Below are positions 9,992 to 19,877 of a DNA stretch of 64,000 nucleotides, in pieces. How positions within the stretch are numbered: the stretch's first letter is position 1; each line of letters opens with the position of its first letter. Both the position numbers and the translations under genes were made by a program. Location of the stretch: NCBI GenBank assembly GCA_965228855.1, contig CBDDIJ010000003.1:1056001-1120000 (forward strand), given 5' to 3'. Source of the stretch: Candidatus Obscuribacterales bacterium (GTDB lineage: Bacteria; Cyanobacteriota; Vampirovibrionia; Obscuribacterales; Obscuribacteraceae). Under the pieces are notes generated by a model. The model did not search any database, was not told the origin of the DNA, and saw only the letters and a program-made list of their open reading frames with translations.

Positions 9992-10603
9992 ATGACCAAA
10001 ACGGAGTCCGCAACGATGACGACCGATTCACCCAAGAAAGAAGAGAAGGAGAGAATTCGCTTATATCTTGGAACCGCAAACGGCAAATCGACTGCAACGT
10101 TTGGCGTAATCCTTCGTGCGTTATCGACTGGTAAGAACGTTTCGATAACGTTCTTCGATAAGCTGGAAGGAAATTCGAGCGAAGGCAAGGCGCTGCGGAT
10201 ACTGGCTAATCATAAGGAAGATGGCTTCGGTCGATTGACAATCAACTATACCGGCGTCAATCGAATCGGAACCGGACCGAAGGGAAGCTTCCGTTTTTAC
10301 AGCGCGCCTAATGGAATTCTGCCGGAGGATAAAACCGCGGCTGAAGAGGGTGTACGACTGATCACCGAAGCTTTTAAGCGACACGATGATATCGTGATTG
10401 GTGACGAGCTACTCGACGTCGCACGCGTCGGATTGATTGAATGGGATGCCGTCAAAAAAATGATCGAGCAAAGAGCGGAGAATACCGTGGTGATCATGAC
10501 AGGCCGAAAAGCGCCTGATTGGCTTATGAAGGAAGCAACGACGATTTCTACTACAACGCAATTGAAGCATCACGGTCGTGCGATCGAAGGATTGGACTGT
10601 TAA
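9992..10603 (+). CDS. cobO: ATP:cob(I)alamin adenosyltransferase, CobO/BtuR/CobA family (divergent)
   Basis: LYLGTANGKSTATFGVILRAL P-loop, DIVIGDEL, VIMTGRKAP, terminal KH..EGLDC. Confidence 0.8.
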   Translation: MTKTESATMTTDSPKKEEKERIRLYLGTANGKSTATFGVILRALSTGKNVSITFFDKLEGNSSEGKALRILANHKEDGFGRLTINYTGVNRIGTGPKGSFRFYSAPNGILPEDKTAAEEGVRLITEAFKRHDDIVIGDELLDVARVGLIEWDAVKKMIEQRAENTVVIMTGRKAPDWLMKEATTISTTTQLKHHGRAIEGLDC

Positions 10604-10685
10604 CTCCAAGTCTCCTATGATCTGCAGAGAATTTATGTCAAAAGAATTCGCTGACGTTCCAATGCATTTGTAACAGATGCAGGAA

Positions 10686-11978
10686 CTATTCGATGCGGAA
10701 CAGTCGTCCGTCTCCAGGCGCGAGCTCTGTTTCAAATTCGCCGGTTTCGCTGACTGTCACATCTTTCCAGTTGTTTGTTTGGGGATCAAATTGAAAAGCG
10801 AATACGTGCTTATCGCCTTTCGGCGGTCGCTGCAATTTCAACTTACAAATTAAACTTGCTCTGTAATCTGTGTTGACGACCATGAAGTGATCGATATTTT
10901 TGCCTTTGGAAAATAGACCTAAGACGTACTTCCCATCTGTTTCGATTTGCACGGGAGACTCTGCTGGAACTGCCGACTTGCCAATTGAAATACTTTCGTT
11001 GTTGTAAACTTCTTTCGAATCCAGGGACATCATAATTGGACTGAGCGCCTTCAATTCTTTATTCAGTTCCTCGATAGGCTCAAGCAGCGGCTTGCTCGGT
11101 TTACCATCTTGATAGATGCCACCATATTTGGTGGGACCCCAGTACAGGAAATAACTGATTCCCCTGCCACCATATGCGAGAGTTGTATAAACTTGCCAGC
11201 GCAATTCGTTTGCGGTTGGAACGCGAAATGTTTCATCAAAAGCGCAGGCTTGAATAATGTTGATAAACGGTATCTGAGCGCTTCTTGCCGCTTCTCGAAT
11301 CAGACTCAGGTTTGCAAAATATCCTGGGATATCTTCCAGCTCACCAGTTTTGCTCTTATGAAAAGTGTAGAAGTCATAGCTGAGTAGGTCCGGCTTCACT
11401 GTTTCAATGTAATTCTTCAAGAACTTCATGTACGTTTTGGATGGATCAACGCCGGGTTCGATGGGCACCGCGTATCCAGGCACACCATAGACCGGAAGCA
11501 TGTTGATGAAACAATAGTGTTTTGGATCCCGAGCGCGCACAAATTCAACTACTTTTGCTAGCTCCGGAATTTCGGCTGCCTTGGGTTCGTCAAAAAGGTA
11601 ATAGCCTGCGAGTGCTGGATGGTTCTTCACTCGATCAATCACTTCCCCCAGCTCCTTGAGTTGAACGGGGTCTTTCGCCACCTCCGGAGTCAATCTTCCG
11701 TGTTCAAGCATTACCTTGATTCCGTTCTTCTGCGCAATGTCTAAGGTCTCTTCCGCGTTAGGAATTAGGTTGAAGTTCTCTGCAACGGAATTTTTGACGG
11801 TCTCTTCGGTCGGCGGCGCGGAGCAAGAGTAAGTGATGATTATCTCTTCCTGATTCCACTCGGTCTTATGGGCGCCGAGCACTTTTCTGGTTTTCGTACA
11901 GCCGAAAAGCAAACTGAGAAGTATCATCGGTAGTATCAGTAATGGAATGAGTTTGAAAAGCCGATTCATCTTCTGCAC
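10686..11978 (-). CDS. Lipoprotein with glycoside-hydrolase-like TIM barrel
   Basis: Lipobox-like LLFGC, HPALAGYYLFDEP, SYDFY, LRWQVYTTLAYGGRGISYF. Confidence 0.6.
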   Translation of the reverse strand: MQKMNRLFKLIPLLILPMILLSLLFGCTKTRKVLGAHKTEWNQEEIIITYSCSAPPTEETVKNSVAENFNLIPNAEETLDIAQKNGIKVMLEHGRLTPEVAKDPVQLKELGEVIDRVKNHPALAGYYLFDEPKAAEIPELAKVVEFVRARDPKHYCFINMLPVYGVPGYAVPIEPGVDPSKTYMKFLKNYIETVKPDLLSYDFYTFHKSKTGELEDIPGYFANLSLIREAARSAQIPFINIIQACAFDETFRVPTANELRWQVYTTLAYGGRGISYFLYWGPTKYGGIYQDGKPSKPLLEPIEELNKELKALSPIMMSLDSKEVYNNESISIGKSAVPAESPVQIETDGKYVLGLFSKGKNIDHFMVVNTDYRASLICKLKLQRPPKGDKHVFAFQFDPQTNNWKDVTVSETGEFETELAPGDGRLFRIE

Positions 11979-12022
11979 CCTGGATGTCGTTCAGGTTCTA
12001 GTCCGCTTTTGGTCAATCTGCA

Positions 12023-12042
12023 CTCAACCGATATCGGTTGAG
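12023..12042. promoter_or_regulatory. Perfect 20-bp palindrome, possible operator
   Basis: CTCAACCGATATCGGTTGAG is its own reverse complement; 45 bp upstream of the 11978 start. Confidence 0.45.
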
Positions 12043-12174
12043 CACACTTAGTTGGCTATCCCAGAATGACGGATTTTCGAAATTTCGTCATTCTCCCGTA
12101 GCCAAAAGAGTTCGTGGATTCGCGGAGACGACTGAAAATCCCTCCCTGGCGCTGATCTTGAGCGTTGACCTGCA

Positions 12175-12226
12175 CGATACGATCTAGTAGAAGTTCGGGG
12201 CGATACGATCTAGTAGAGGTTTGGGA
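12175..12226. repeat. Two tandem 26-bp direct repeats
   Basis: CGATACGATCTAGTAGAagttcgggg / CGATACGATCTAGTAGAggtttggga; 17-bp identical core. Confidence 0.9.
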
Positions 12227-12228
12227 GG

Positions 12229-12260
12229 AAAGAGCCTGGCGGTTTCCCACCAGGCTCTTT
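12229..12260 (-). terminator. Probable intrinsic terminator of ctpA
   Basis: AAAGAGCCTGG / CCAGGCTCTTT 11-bp stem, 11 nt past the ctpA stop. Confidence 0.75.
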
Positions 12261-12271
12261 TGGCTTTATTG

Positions 12272-13705
12272 CTATTTGCCTTTTGCCGGCGTCGCTGTTG
12301 TGGACAGGCTGGCAGTTTCTTTGCCTTCAGATGCGATGTCCTTTTTGATCACTTCAATTGCTTTGTTCAGCTGGATGTCGTGACCATCAGCAGGCGACTT
12401 GTCGAACTGCTTATAGTGAATGTCAATCCACCAGGGACCTTTTCCGGCGTCGTAGTCTTTCTCTTTGAGTTCGACCTTGAAGTCGGGGTTGATACCGTGC
12501 TTGTGGATGTCGGTGTCGTTTGGTGTGAGGTATCTAGCGATTGTCACGTTGATGCCGGAGCCGTCATCAAGGCGATTGATTGCTTGGACCAGCCCCTTAC
12601 CGAAGCTGCGTTGCCCGACGAGCTTCGCTCTACCGTTGTCCTTGAGGGCGCCGCTCAAAATCTCTGAAGCCGAGGCGCTACCCTTGTTGATCAATACAAC
12701 CATCGGCTGTTTATTGATTGGACGATTCGATGAGAACGTCGACTGTTTATAGCCATCTGCGTCGATGGTGCTGACAATCACTCCGCGTTCGAGGAACATG
12801 TTGGCGATTTCGATAGCATTGCTGAGCAAGCCGCCCGGGTTGTTTCTCAAATCGAGAATCAAACCGTCCGTGTTTTCTACTTTGCGAAGAGCATCACGCA
12901 TCTCGGAATTTGCTTTCGATGAGATGAAGCTATCAAGTCTGATGTAGCCGATATTTCCAGGGAGAATTTCGCAATTTGCCACTGCTCGAATCGGAATTTC
13001 AGCGCGTTGAAGTTTCTTCTTGGTCTTCTTCTGATTCGGCGCCATGAATGTCAGGTCTACGGAACTATTGATTGGACCACGAATGTTTTTGACGACCTGG
13101 TCGAGCGATTGGCCTTTGACCGGTTTATCGTCGACTTCGATGATTTCCCAACCGGGAAGAATGCCCGCCTTGTATGCAGGAGTTCCTTCAATAGGGGCGA
13201 TTACAACTACTTTGTGTTCTTTGTTCATGCCGAGCTGCATACCGACACCGAACAAATGCGCTTCGATTTGAGAACGTTCTTCATCGAACGCTTCACGGTC
13301 TAGGAAACGGGTGTAGGGATCGCCAAGACTGTAGAGCATCGACTCGATGCCTTTGTGTGCGTCGTCAAGAGTCTTGAGCTTTCCATCGTAATGGTGCTTC
13401 CAGCGGTTCCAATCTTGAGTGCCACCGTCCGGCGCAAATTTTTGCTCGTAATACGTCTCTTTAATTAGCCGCCAGGCCCTTTGATAAAGCACTTGTGGCA
13501 TAACGGACGGACCCGTTTTCGCCTGGGCAAGGAGCATCGGATTGTCTTTGCCGGCGGCGCTTCCATCAGCCACCAGCACGTGAGAGTCAGTTGTATTCTC
13601 GCTGGCAATCAGCCAACTTTGAAATCCGAAGAAGCCTGCACAAAGAAGTAATGGAAAGCCAACTCGGGTTAGCGATTTTCGATTAAACAAGATCCGTCCT
13701 CTCAC
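12272..13705 (-). CDS. ctpA: C-terminal processing peptidase, S41A family with PDZ domain
   Basis: LGDPYTRFL, GVGMQL, LDLRNNPGG, SASASEI (Ser), SFGKGLVQ (Lys). Confidence 0.95.
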   Translation of the reverse strand: MRGRILFNRKSLTRVGFPLLLCAGFFGFQSWLIASENTTDSHVLVADGSAAGKDNPMLLAQAKTGPSVMPQVLYQRAWRLIKETYYEQKFAPDGGTQDWNRWKHHYDGKLKTLDDAHKGIESMLYSLGDPYTRFLDREAFDEERSQIEAHLFGVGMQLGMNKEHKVVVIAPIEGTPAYKAGILPGWEIIEVDDKPVKGQSLDQVVKNIRGPINSSVDLTFMAPNQKKTKKKLQRAEIPIRAVANCEILPGNIGYIRLDSFISSKANSEMRDALRKVENTDGLILDLRNNPGGLLSNAIEIANMFLERGVIVSTIDADGYKQSTFSSNRPINKQPMVVLINKGSASASEILSGALKDNGRAKLVGQRSFGKGLVQAINRLDDGSGINVTIARYLTPNDTDIHKHGINPDFKVELKEKDYDAGKGPWWIDIHYKQFDKSPADGHDIQLNKAIEVIKKDIASEGKETASLSTTATPAKGK

Positions 13706-14111
13706 TCAATAATTGAGTCCTATTCCAAAATATTAGATCAAATGCATCCAAGAAGTGACGGTTAGTCAGACAACCGTAACAACTAGGCACGTCAAATTTG
13801 GGCCCTTACTAAAGAAATACCTCTTTTCCATATAAAACTCACGCACCAATAGCCATATTCTTTCACTTAGGGGCAAATAAGATTTCCTGATGTGTGAACC
13901 TTTCGAATTTTTAATAATACCCCTTTCAAGTGGCTCTAGTCGATTATTGGGTCGCCTTTTTGCCGGGATTAGAAGAGAGTTTAAAAATTTCGCGTGTTCA
14001 TGTCAGTGGCTATTCGCCTACCATGTGCATCGACGGTCATTGAGCTTACTAGTTCCTCAATCGTAGTTGAAACTTTTGCCATTCGACTACCACTAAAACC
14101 CGGGGTGGAAA

Positions 14112-15230
14112 GTGTCCAAGGGATCCAGCACATTAGAAGCAGACAGCGGCGTTTTTGCGGCACAGATGCACTCGCGCGGCGATGTGGCGCCGGCTGAGGC
14201 GCCTGTCGCAGATAGCCAACAAACCGAATCAGATGAAGGCAGGCTAGGCTTTTCTGGGCGTTTTCCCTTGCCTCGTATTTCGCAGCAGTCAAAAACGAGA
14301 CTCAAACTCCTTATCAGTCTCGCCTTGTTCGGAAGCATTTTCGCCTTCGGAAAAATCGACCTCTCCGAAAGTATTCAAGCAGCAGTTGCGGCGGACAAAA
14401 AATATATTGTCAGCGCGTGCGCGCTTTTCCTCTTGAGCATTTTTGTGATGGCTCACAGGTGGCAACTTCTGGCTAACGCCGTTGGTCTGCAGAAGCCGTT
14501 TTTCAAAATGGTCCAGCTCTGCTACGTCGGGCTCTTCTTCAACCTTTTTCTGCCCTCCACGGTCGGTGGCGACGTCAGCCGCTGCTATTACCTGACCAAA
14601 GGCACTAACAAATACCTGCATGCCTTGACCTCCGTTCTCGTAGATCGGGCTATGGGTCTGGCTGTGCTACTGCTTTTTGCAACCCTGGGCTTGTTGTTCG
14701 GACCAGGCGGCAGTGGACTTCCTCTGCAGATGAAGGTGCCGATCTTCGCTCTCACCGCCGGAATGTATTGCGTAATTCCTTTCCTTCCCCAACTTTGCAC
14801 GCGCTTGCTTGGCGAACATAATTGGATCTCGAAGAAACTGAACCAAAGTTCTGCGAAGGTTTTCTGGGAAGACCGCGGCTTGATATTGATGACTCTGTTT
14901 TTGTCCGTGGTGAGCCAGATATTGATGGTCGCCTGTCACATCGCCGTCGGATTAGCGCTCGGACTCGATTCCATCCCGCTCTGGTATTACTTCGTGTTTT
15001 ATCCGATGGTTGCCGTTTTAGGATTCGTCACACCGAGTGTCAATGGCATCGGTATTCGTGAATGGGCTTACACATACTTTCTGGCAATTATGGGAGTGGA
15101 AAACTCGGTTGCGCTGACCTACGCGTTAATCTGGTTGGGTCTCACGACGATGGGTAGTGTCGTCGGCGGTATCGTCTATGTCCTCGGTCGGTTTCGTCCG
15201 ATTGAGAAGGACGCGCAGGCTGCATCTTAG
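14112..15230 (+). CDS. Lysylphosphatidylglycerol-synthase-TM / flippase-like membrane protein (UPF0104)
   Basis: RWQLL, GLFFNLFLPSTVGGD, VLVDR, PSVNGIGIRE; multiple TM helices. Confidence 0.85.
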   Translation: MSKGSSTLEADSGVFAAQMHSRGDVAPAEAPVADSQQTESDEGRLGFSGRFPLPRISQQSKTRLKLLISLALFGSIFAFGKIDLSESIQAAVAADKKYIVSACALFLLSIFVMAHRWQLLANAVGLQKPFFKMVQLCYVGLFFNLFLPSTVGGDVSRCYYLTKGTNKYLHALTSVLVDRAMGLAVLLLFATLGLLFGPGGSGLPLQMKVPIFALTAGMYCVIPFLPQLCTRLLGEHNWISKKLNQSSAKVFWEDRGLILMTLFLSVVSQILMVACHIAVGLALGLDSIPLWYYFVFYPMVAVLGFVTPSVNGIGIREWAYTYFLAIMGVENSVALTYALIWLGLTTMGSVVGGIVYVLGRFRPIEKDAQAAS

Positions 15231-15487
15231 TTTTTGGCGAACAACTTCCGCCTCCTAAACAGCTCTCCGGGCGGTTTTGCATGAGTTTTCGTAGCGGTCA
15301 TTTGCAGAAGAACGTTCGGAACGCGTCTATCCGGTTTCTACCTTACAACTGCTGAACTAGATTCGCTCACAGAAGTTCCATTTGCAATGGGGTTCTGTTT
15401 CAGAAACGACTGCCGGCTAATCGCGCTTCTGTTTCCTGTCATACATGCTTATCTAATCCGGTGCAAACTAAACCATAGAGAAATCAG

Positions 15488-15517
15488 CAGTCCAGATAGC
15501 TAACCTATCTGGCACTG
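15488..15517 (-). terminator. Hairpin after the respiratory operon
   Basis: CCAGATAG / CTATCTGG stem extended by CAGT/ACTG; U-tract weak. Confidence 0.5.
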
Positions 15518-15540
15518 AATCAACCTTCCGAAATTTTCGA

Positions 15541-17490
15541 TTACTTCGATAAACTCATCGCCGCATGATGGTGGCGCTTGATCGTGCGAAGAACATTCTT
15601 CGCCCAGTCTTTGAGCGACCCAGAGCCTTCTTTGACTTCCGTTTCAAAAACTGTTATGGCGTGCATGTGCGCGTCCATTAAGACCTCAACGTATCTCTTG
15701 TCGAAATCGCTTCCTGAAAGTTCAGACAGGCTATCGATTAGCGCTTTTTGTTCGTTGTTGATATCGGGCGGCAAAATCAGACCCACACCAGCTGCCAGTT
15801 CTTTCAGCTGTTCATTTGCTGCGCTGTGTTCTGTCACCATCAATGATGCCAATTTTTTGACTTCCGGATCGCTAGCTTTACTTTCGGCAAGTTTGCCTAA
15901 TCGAACCTCGGTCATTCCATCCTGGGCAATTGCTGCGATACGCGCAATTTCAGCCGGCGATAGATCCAGTTTTGGCAATTTCTGTGCTGGTGAGCCGGAG
16001 ACTTCGGAACTGTCTATTACTTGTTCCGGTCTAAGGTCGACAGGAACGGTGCCTTTTAAAAGGTGAGTTGAAGGTCCGGTTTTCAAACCATGGGGGCGGC
16101 GTGATTCCAGGAATTTTGTTACCTGTTTCAGCTCTTCTGCCGACATATTACCTGCATAAGCCGGCATGTTGACTCCGCCGTTCACGATTCTGATTGTGAT
16201 TTGGTCCGGTGATAAGCGTTCGCCAACATCTGTTAAATCAGGGCCACGCCGACCGCCATGTCCTGAGATGACGTGGCAGTAGAGGCATCCACGATCGTTG
16301 AACACTTTTGCGCCCTTTTCGATGTCACTATCGGTGGTGCCAATAGCAGTTTTGGGAACGGGCGTCGCTTCAAATCTCGGTGTCCAATATTCGTTGACGC
16401 CTTCTTGCCATAGCGCTAAAACAGACCCTACTACCACTACCACGATCGCAACAGCCCATGGGCGTCTGCGCGCACTGCGCTCGCCGGTATTTGAAATGAA
16501 CGGAGGCGTCAACATTCCTACTACGAGGAAAACTGGGAAGAGGAGAATGAACCAATCTTCGAATTGCGCAGGCACAAGGGCTAGCAGCGCGAAGTACCAG
16601 GTCAAGTACCAGTCGGGCTTCGGTTCTGCGTTAATAAGTGAAGGGTCCGGTGGGTTTTCGATTACCGGAGGTCCAAAGTACAGCGCACACGCGCAAATTC
16701 CTAAAACAACTAGCGTGCTGAATACCGCATCGCGCCAGGCGGCGTGTGGCCAGAACGCAACACCCTCTTTCTTCAGTAATTCTTGATACTCTTCGCGATA
16801 GGTCTCGCGTTTGACTACCTTTCCTGCCTTCGGCGGTTCCGAGATACCGTGGTGCAAAACCAACCAGACGTGGAAACCTATCAAAGCGACAAGCAAAGCC
16901 GGAAATATGAACACGTGCATCGCGAAGAAGTGGCTCAGAGAAGCAGAACTCACGTTGTCTCCGGAGCAGAGAACGCGAACGAGCATAGGTCCGACAAAAG
17001 GTGCTCTCAATGCTTGTTCAGCACCGACAGCGATTGTCCAAACGGCTGTTTGATCCCAGCGCAAGACCTGCCCGGTAAATGCAATAGCGACGGTTAAGAA
17101 GAGCAGAAATACGCCGGTGATCCAGTTAAGTTCGCGAGGGAATTTGAAGGACCCGAATAGATATGTACGAATAGCGTGAGCACCAACGAAAATAATCATC
17201 GCTGATGCGCCGAAATAGTGTGTTGCGCGAAGCCACGATCCAAATGGGACCTGCTCGGTGATCCACTTGATGCTTTCCCAAGCCTGACTTCCGCTTGGTA
17301 CGTACAGCGTTGAAAGAGCGACGCCCGAGGCGAGTTGCACAATGAATGAGGTCATGATAGCCGTGCCGAACACGTAAGCCCAGGTCGATTTGCCCGGCAC
17401 CGGATGCAGCATCATGTGTATGAACGGCTTGACTAAGCCTGTTCTATCCTCAAGCCATTCAAGTGCTTTATCGATTACCTTGTTTGCCAT
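15541..17490 (-). CDS. Cytochrome b (bc complex) fused to class I cytochrome c and a C-terminal DUF4142 ferritin-like domain
   Basis: Heme b His pairs (RATHY...GAHA; FAMHV...GFHV), Qo motif PDWY, CLYCH...MPAY, then MTEVRLGKLA..EHSAANEQLKELA..FDKRYV..H..HH. Confidence 0.9.
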   Translation of the reverse strand: MANKVIDKALEWLEDRTGLVKPFIHMMLHPVPGKSTWAYVFGTAIMTSFIVQLASGVALSTLYVPSGSQAWESIKWITEQVPFGSWLRATHYFGASAMIIFVGAHAIRTYLFGSFKFPRELNWITGVFLLFLTVAIAFTGQVLRWDQTAVWTIAVGAEQALRAPFVGPMLVRVLCSGDNVSSASLSHFFAMHVFIFPALLVALIGFHVWLVLHHGISEPPKAGKVVKRETYREEYQELLKKEGVAFWPHAAWRDAVFSTLVVLGICACALYFGPPVIENPPDPSLINAEPKPDWYLTWYFALLALVPAQFEDWFILLFPVFLVVGMLTPPFISNTGERSARRRPWAVAIVVVVVGSVLALWQEGVNEYWTPRFEATPVPKTAIGTTDSDIEKGAKVFNDRGCLYCHVISGHGGRRGPDLTDVGERLSPDQITIRIVNGGVNMPAYAGNMSAEELKQVTKFLESRRPHGLKTGPSTHLLKGTVPVDLRPEQVIDSSEVSGSPAQKLPKLDLSPAEIARIAAIAQDGMTEVRLGKLAESKASDPEVKKLASLMVTEHSAANEQLKELAAGVGLILPPDINNEQKALIDSLSELSGSDFDKRYVEVLMDAHMHAITVFETEVKEGSGSLKDWAKNVLRTIKRHHHAAMSLSK

Positions 17491-17539
17491 TTCGAACTCA
17501 TCTATCTAACTCTGCGCACTACGAAATTTCGCGAAAGCG

Positions 17540-18082
17540 CTAACCTTCGGTCAGCACTGGACCAACCTTGATTTCTACCTGACCCTTCGCGATACGAGTC
17601 GGATATCTGTGTAATGGACGCGGCGGAGGACCGCCTGCGACACTGCCGTCGCTATAGTAAACACCGCCGTGGCACGGGCACATGAAGAGCTCTGCGCCCG
17701 CTTCCCAGCGCACCGGACATCCCAGGTGCGTGCAGTTAACTGCGAATGCTTCGAAGTTTCCTTCGTCGACACGCCGTAACCAGGCAGTTCTCTTAGCGCA
17801 GTCGCCGTCCCATGGCAGACCGGTTGTATCTCTGAAAACAACTGCAACCGTTTTCCCTGGCTCGAATTTGTCGAGTTCACCGACCTTAATCCAGTCTTCT
17901 CTGCTGGGAACCAGAAAATACTCGAATGCGAAACCGATAGCAGGAATCGCGACGATCATTCCGATTAAACCTGAGCAGACAACACTCACGAGTTTGAGAA
18001 ACTCGGTGCGACTAATTAAAACCGTCGACCAATTGATTGCGACTTTCGGTTCTTCTTTCGGTTGTTCATCACTGCAACACAT
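17540..18082 (-). CDS. Rieske iron-sulfur subunit of bc complex
   Basis: CTHLGC and CPCHG boxes, GPPPRPL, N-terminal TM helix with Tat-like SRTEFLK. Confidence 0.95.
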   Translation of the reverse strand: MCCSDEQPKEEPKVAINWSTVLISRTEFLKLVSVVCSGLIGMIVAIPAIGFAFEYFLVPSREDWIKVGELDKFEPGKTVAVVFRDTTGLPWDGDCAKRTAWLRRVDEGNFEAFAVNCTHLGCPVRWEAGAELFMCPCHGGVYYSDGSVAGGPPPRPLHRYPTRIAKGQVEIKVGPVLTEG

Positions 18083-18482
18083 CTTTTCTCATATCCTCAA
18101 TCCAACCTGCTGCGCCTAACAAAAACAGAAACAGCCCTGCCAGTGACAATATCCAGTGCGTCACGACACCGAATGCAATACCAGTGGTGCCGAGCGCAAG
18201 AGTGGCGGGCCAGATCGTCGGAGGCGGAATTCTGATCAGCTCGAGCTCTTCGCCCGGGATCCACTCAACTTCGTGCGGCTCTGCATTTACTTCCGAAGAG
18301 TCGCCCGTGACCGCTGGCTGCCCTGCAGATTGTGGTGAATGCGCTGTCAGCGATAAGGTCGCTGCTGCCGATTGCTCGTCTGCATCTCGTTTGTCGACAG
18401 ATGCTTCAGCTGCAGCAGCTGGCTCCGTTTCCGCTGCTTTGTCTTCCGGTGATTGCTCATCAGGCTGCTGTTCTGACATCAT
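18069..18482 (-). CDS. Small membrane protein, cytochrome c oxidase subunit IV-like
   Basis: Acidic N-terminus, then PPPTIWP + two TM helices + GWIED; AGGAG before ATG; position inside the cox operon. Confidence 0.6.
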   Translation of the reverse strand: MMSEQQPDEQSPEDKAAETEPAAAAEASVDKRDADEQSAAATLSLTAHSPQSAGQPAVTGDSSEVNAEPHEVEWIPGEELELIRIPPPTIWPATLALGTTGIAFGVVTHWILSLAGLFLFLLGAAGWIEDMRKDVLQ

Positions 18483-19272
18483 CAATCTCCTTTTCTGCAA
18501 GCCATTCAACCATCACTGCCATAAGCGCCCAGAAGAAAGTGAGCGTGCAGATTACCCACATGATTGCGCCCCCTAGCTTCTGATCTTCTACTGGATTCAG
18601 ACCCCATTCGTCGCGAAGCAGAGGAAGCAGATGGTATTGGTCATAGGGATGGGCGTAAGCGCTGTAGAAAGAAACATCAGAGATGGTGTAAACCATTCCG
18701 AGGATAGAAGCTAAGAACGCGGCTATCGTCAAATACGTTGTCGCCGACATCGGTTTAAGTCTTCCTTCCTGAATCGGTTTAAACACCGGCCACCAGAGCA
18801 TGACACCTGAAACGATATAAGTAATGTGCTCGATGATATGAATCGGCTCGCTTTGCAGAGTAATATCGTAAATAGGCGGCACATGCCATCCAAGCATTAC
18901 AACCGTGGCGATTGTTACTGTGAAAACCGGATTGGACAACGCGTTTTCAGCCCAGCGAATTGCCGGTACTTTCAACCAGCGTCTAACAAGCTCTTCTGAC
19001 AGCGACACTACCAGTAGTAGCGGACCGATGAATTCAAGAATCATATGCTGCAGCATATGAGCGCTGAAGAGATATTGATCGCCCAATTCGTCCAGCGGCG
19101 ACATCAGCGCCAGCCACAAGAGTAAAACGCCCGTCAGAAAAACGTAACTCTTAAAATCAAACGAGAATTTTTTCGACCACAAATACGCGCCGGTCATGGC
19201 GATTAAACCGATGGCGACCGATGGAATAGGTTCCCAATGTGATTGGAGCAAGTTTAAAAGTTCAGGCGTCAC
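18460..19272 (-). CDS. ctaG: Cytochrome c oxidase assembly factor CtaG (caa3 type)
   Basis: SPLD..YLFSAHMLQHM, WHVP, HIIEH, DQKLGGAIMW. GTG start overlaps the subunit III stop (GTGA). Confidence 0.9.
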   Translation of the reverse strand: MTPELLNLLQSHWEPIPSVAIGLIAMTGAYLWSKKFSFDFKSYVFLTGVLLLWLALMSPLDELGDQYLFSAHMLQHMILEFIGPLLLVVSLSEELVRRWLKVPAIRWAENALSNPVFTVTIATVVMLGWHVPPIYDITLQSEPIHIIEHITYIVSGVMLWWPVFKPIQEGRLKPMSATTYLTIAAFLASILGMVYTISDVSFYSAYAHPYDQYHLLPLLRDEWGLNPVEDQKLGGAIMWVICTLTFFWALMAVMVEWLAEKEIDDVRTAA

Positions 19273-19877
19273 GATACGAATCTCCAGAGGTAAACGACGG
19301 AAAAGACTGCGACCCAGACTACGTCTACGAAGTGCCAGTAAAGCGAGACGCACGTGAGACCGGCTTCGGTCAGTTCACCTTGCTTGCCTCGCACCATAAT
19401 CCATAAAGCCACCGAAAGTAGTATCAAACCGACAATCACGTGGAATCCGTGGAATCCGGTCAATGTGAAAAATGTGCTTCCAAATAAGTCACGGCTTATA
19501 GTCAGCTTTTCGCTTATGAGTTCTGAATATTCCAGCGCCTGACCACAAATGAAAATTGCACCGAGCACAATCGTAATAATCATCCAGAAGATGGCCATGC
19601 CGCTGTGCTTTTCATGAGCTTTCTCTGACAGCCATAAGGTGAAGCTGCTTGCAAATAGTGCGATAGAGAAGAGACCGGTCTTGGTCACATCCAGGTGCCA
19701 TGCAGCCATTTCGCCGGTTCCGTACTGCGAATGGAAATTGACGTAAGCGAGAATGAGGAGGAGAAAGAACATCGATTCAGAACCGATGAACAGCAGCATG
19801 CCCATGACGTTGCGGTTCATTGTCATATTCGAGTCGAGTGGATGTTTCGCAACTGGTGCGACTGATTGATTATGCAT
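19269..19877 (-). CDS. ctaE: Heme-copper oxidase subunit III
   Basis: LFIGSESMFF, FFTLTGFHGFHV, YWHFVDVVW. ATG 19877 follows GGAG and overlaps the end of subunit I. Confidence 0.93.
   Translation of the reverse strand: MHNQSVAPVAKHPLDSNMTMNRNVMGMLLFIGSESMFFLLLILAYVNFHSQYGTGEMAAWHLDVTKTGLFSIALFASSFTLWLSEKAHEKHSGMAIFWMIITIVLGAIFICGQALEYSELISEKLTISRDLFGSTFFTLTGFHGFHVIVGLILLSVALWIMVRGKQGELTEAGLTCVSLYWHFVDVVWVAVFSVVYLWRFVS

Noticed and set aside
12175..12226. CRISPR repeat pair
   Set aside because: Two adjacent copies with only 9 nt between the cores; a simple tandem duplication.
13704..13718. ACTCAAT-A-ATTGAGT inverted repeat at the ctpA start
   Set aside because: Short, AT-rich and single; not enough to call an operator.
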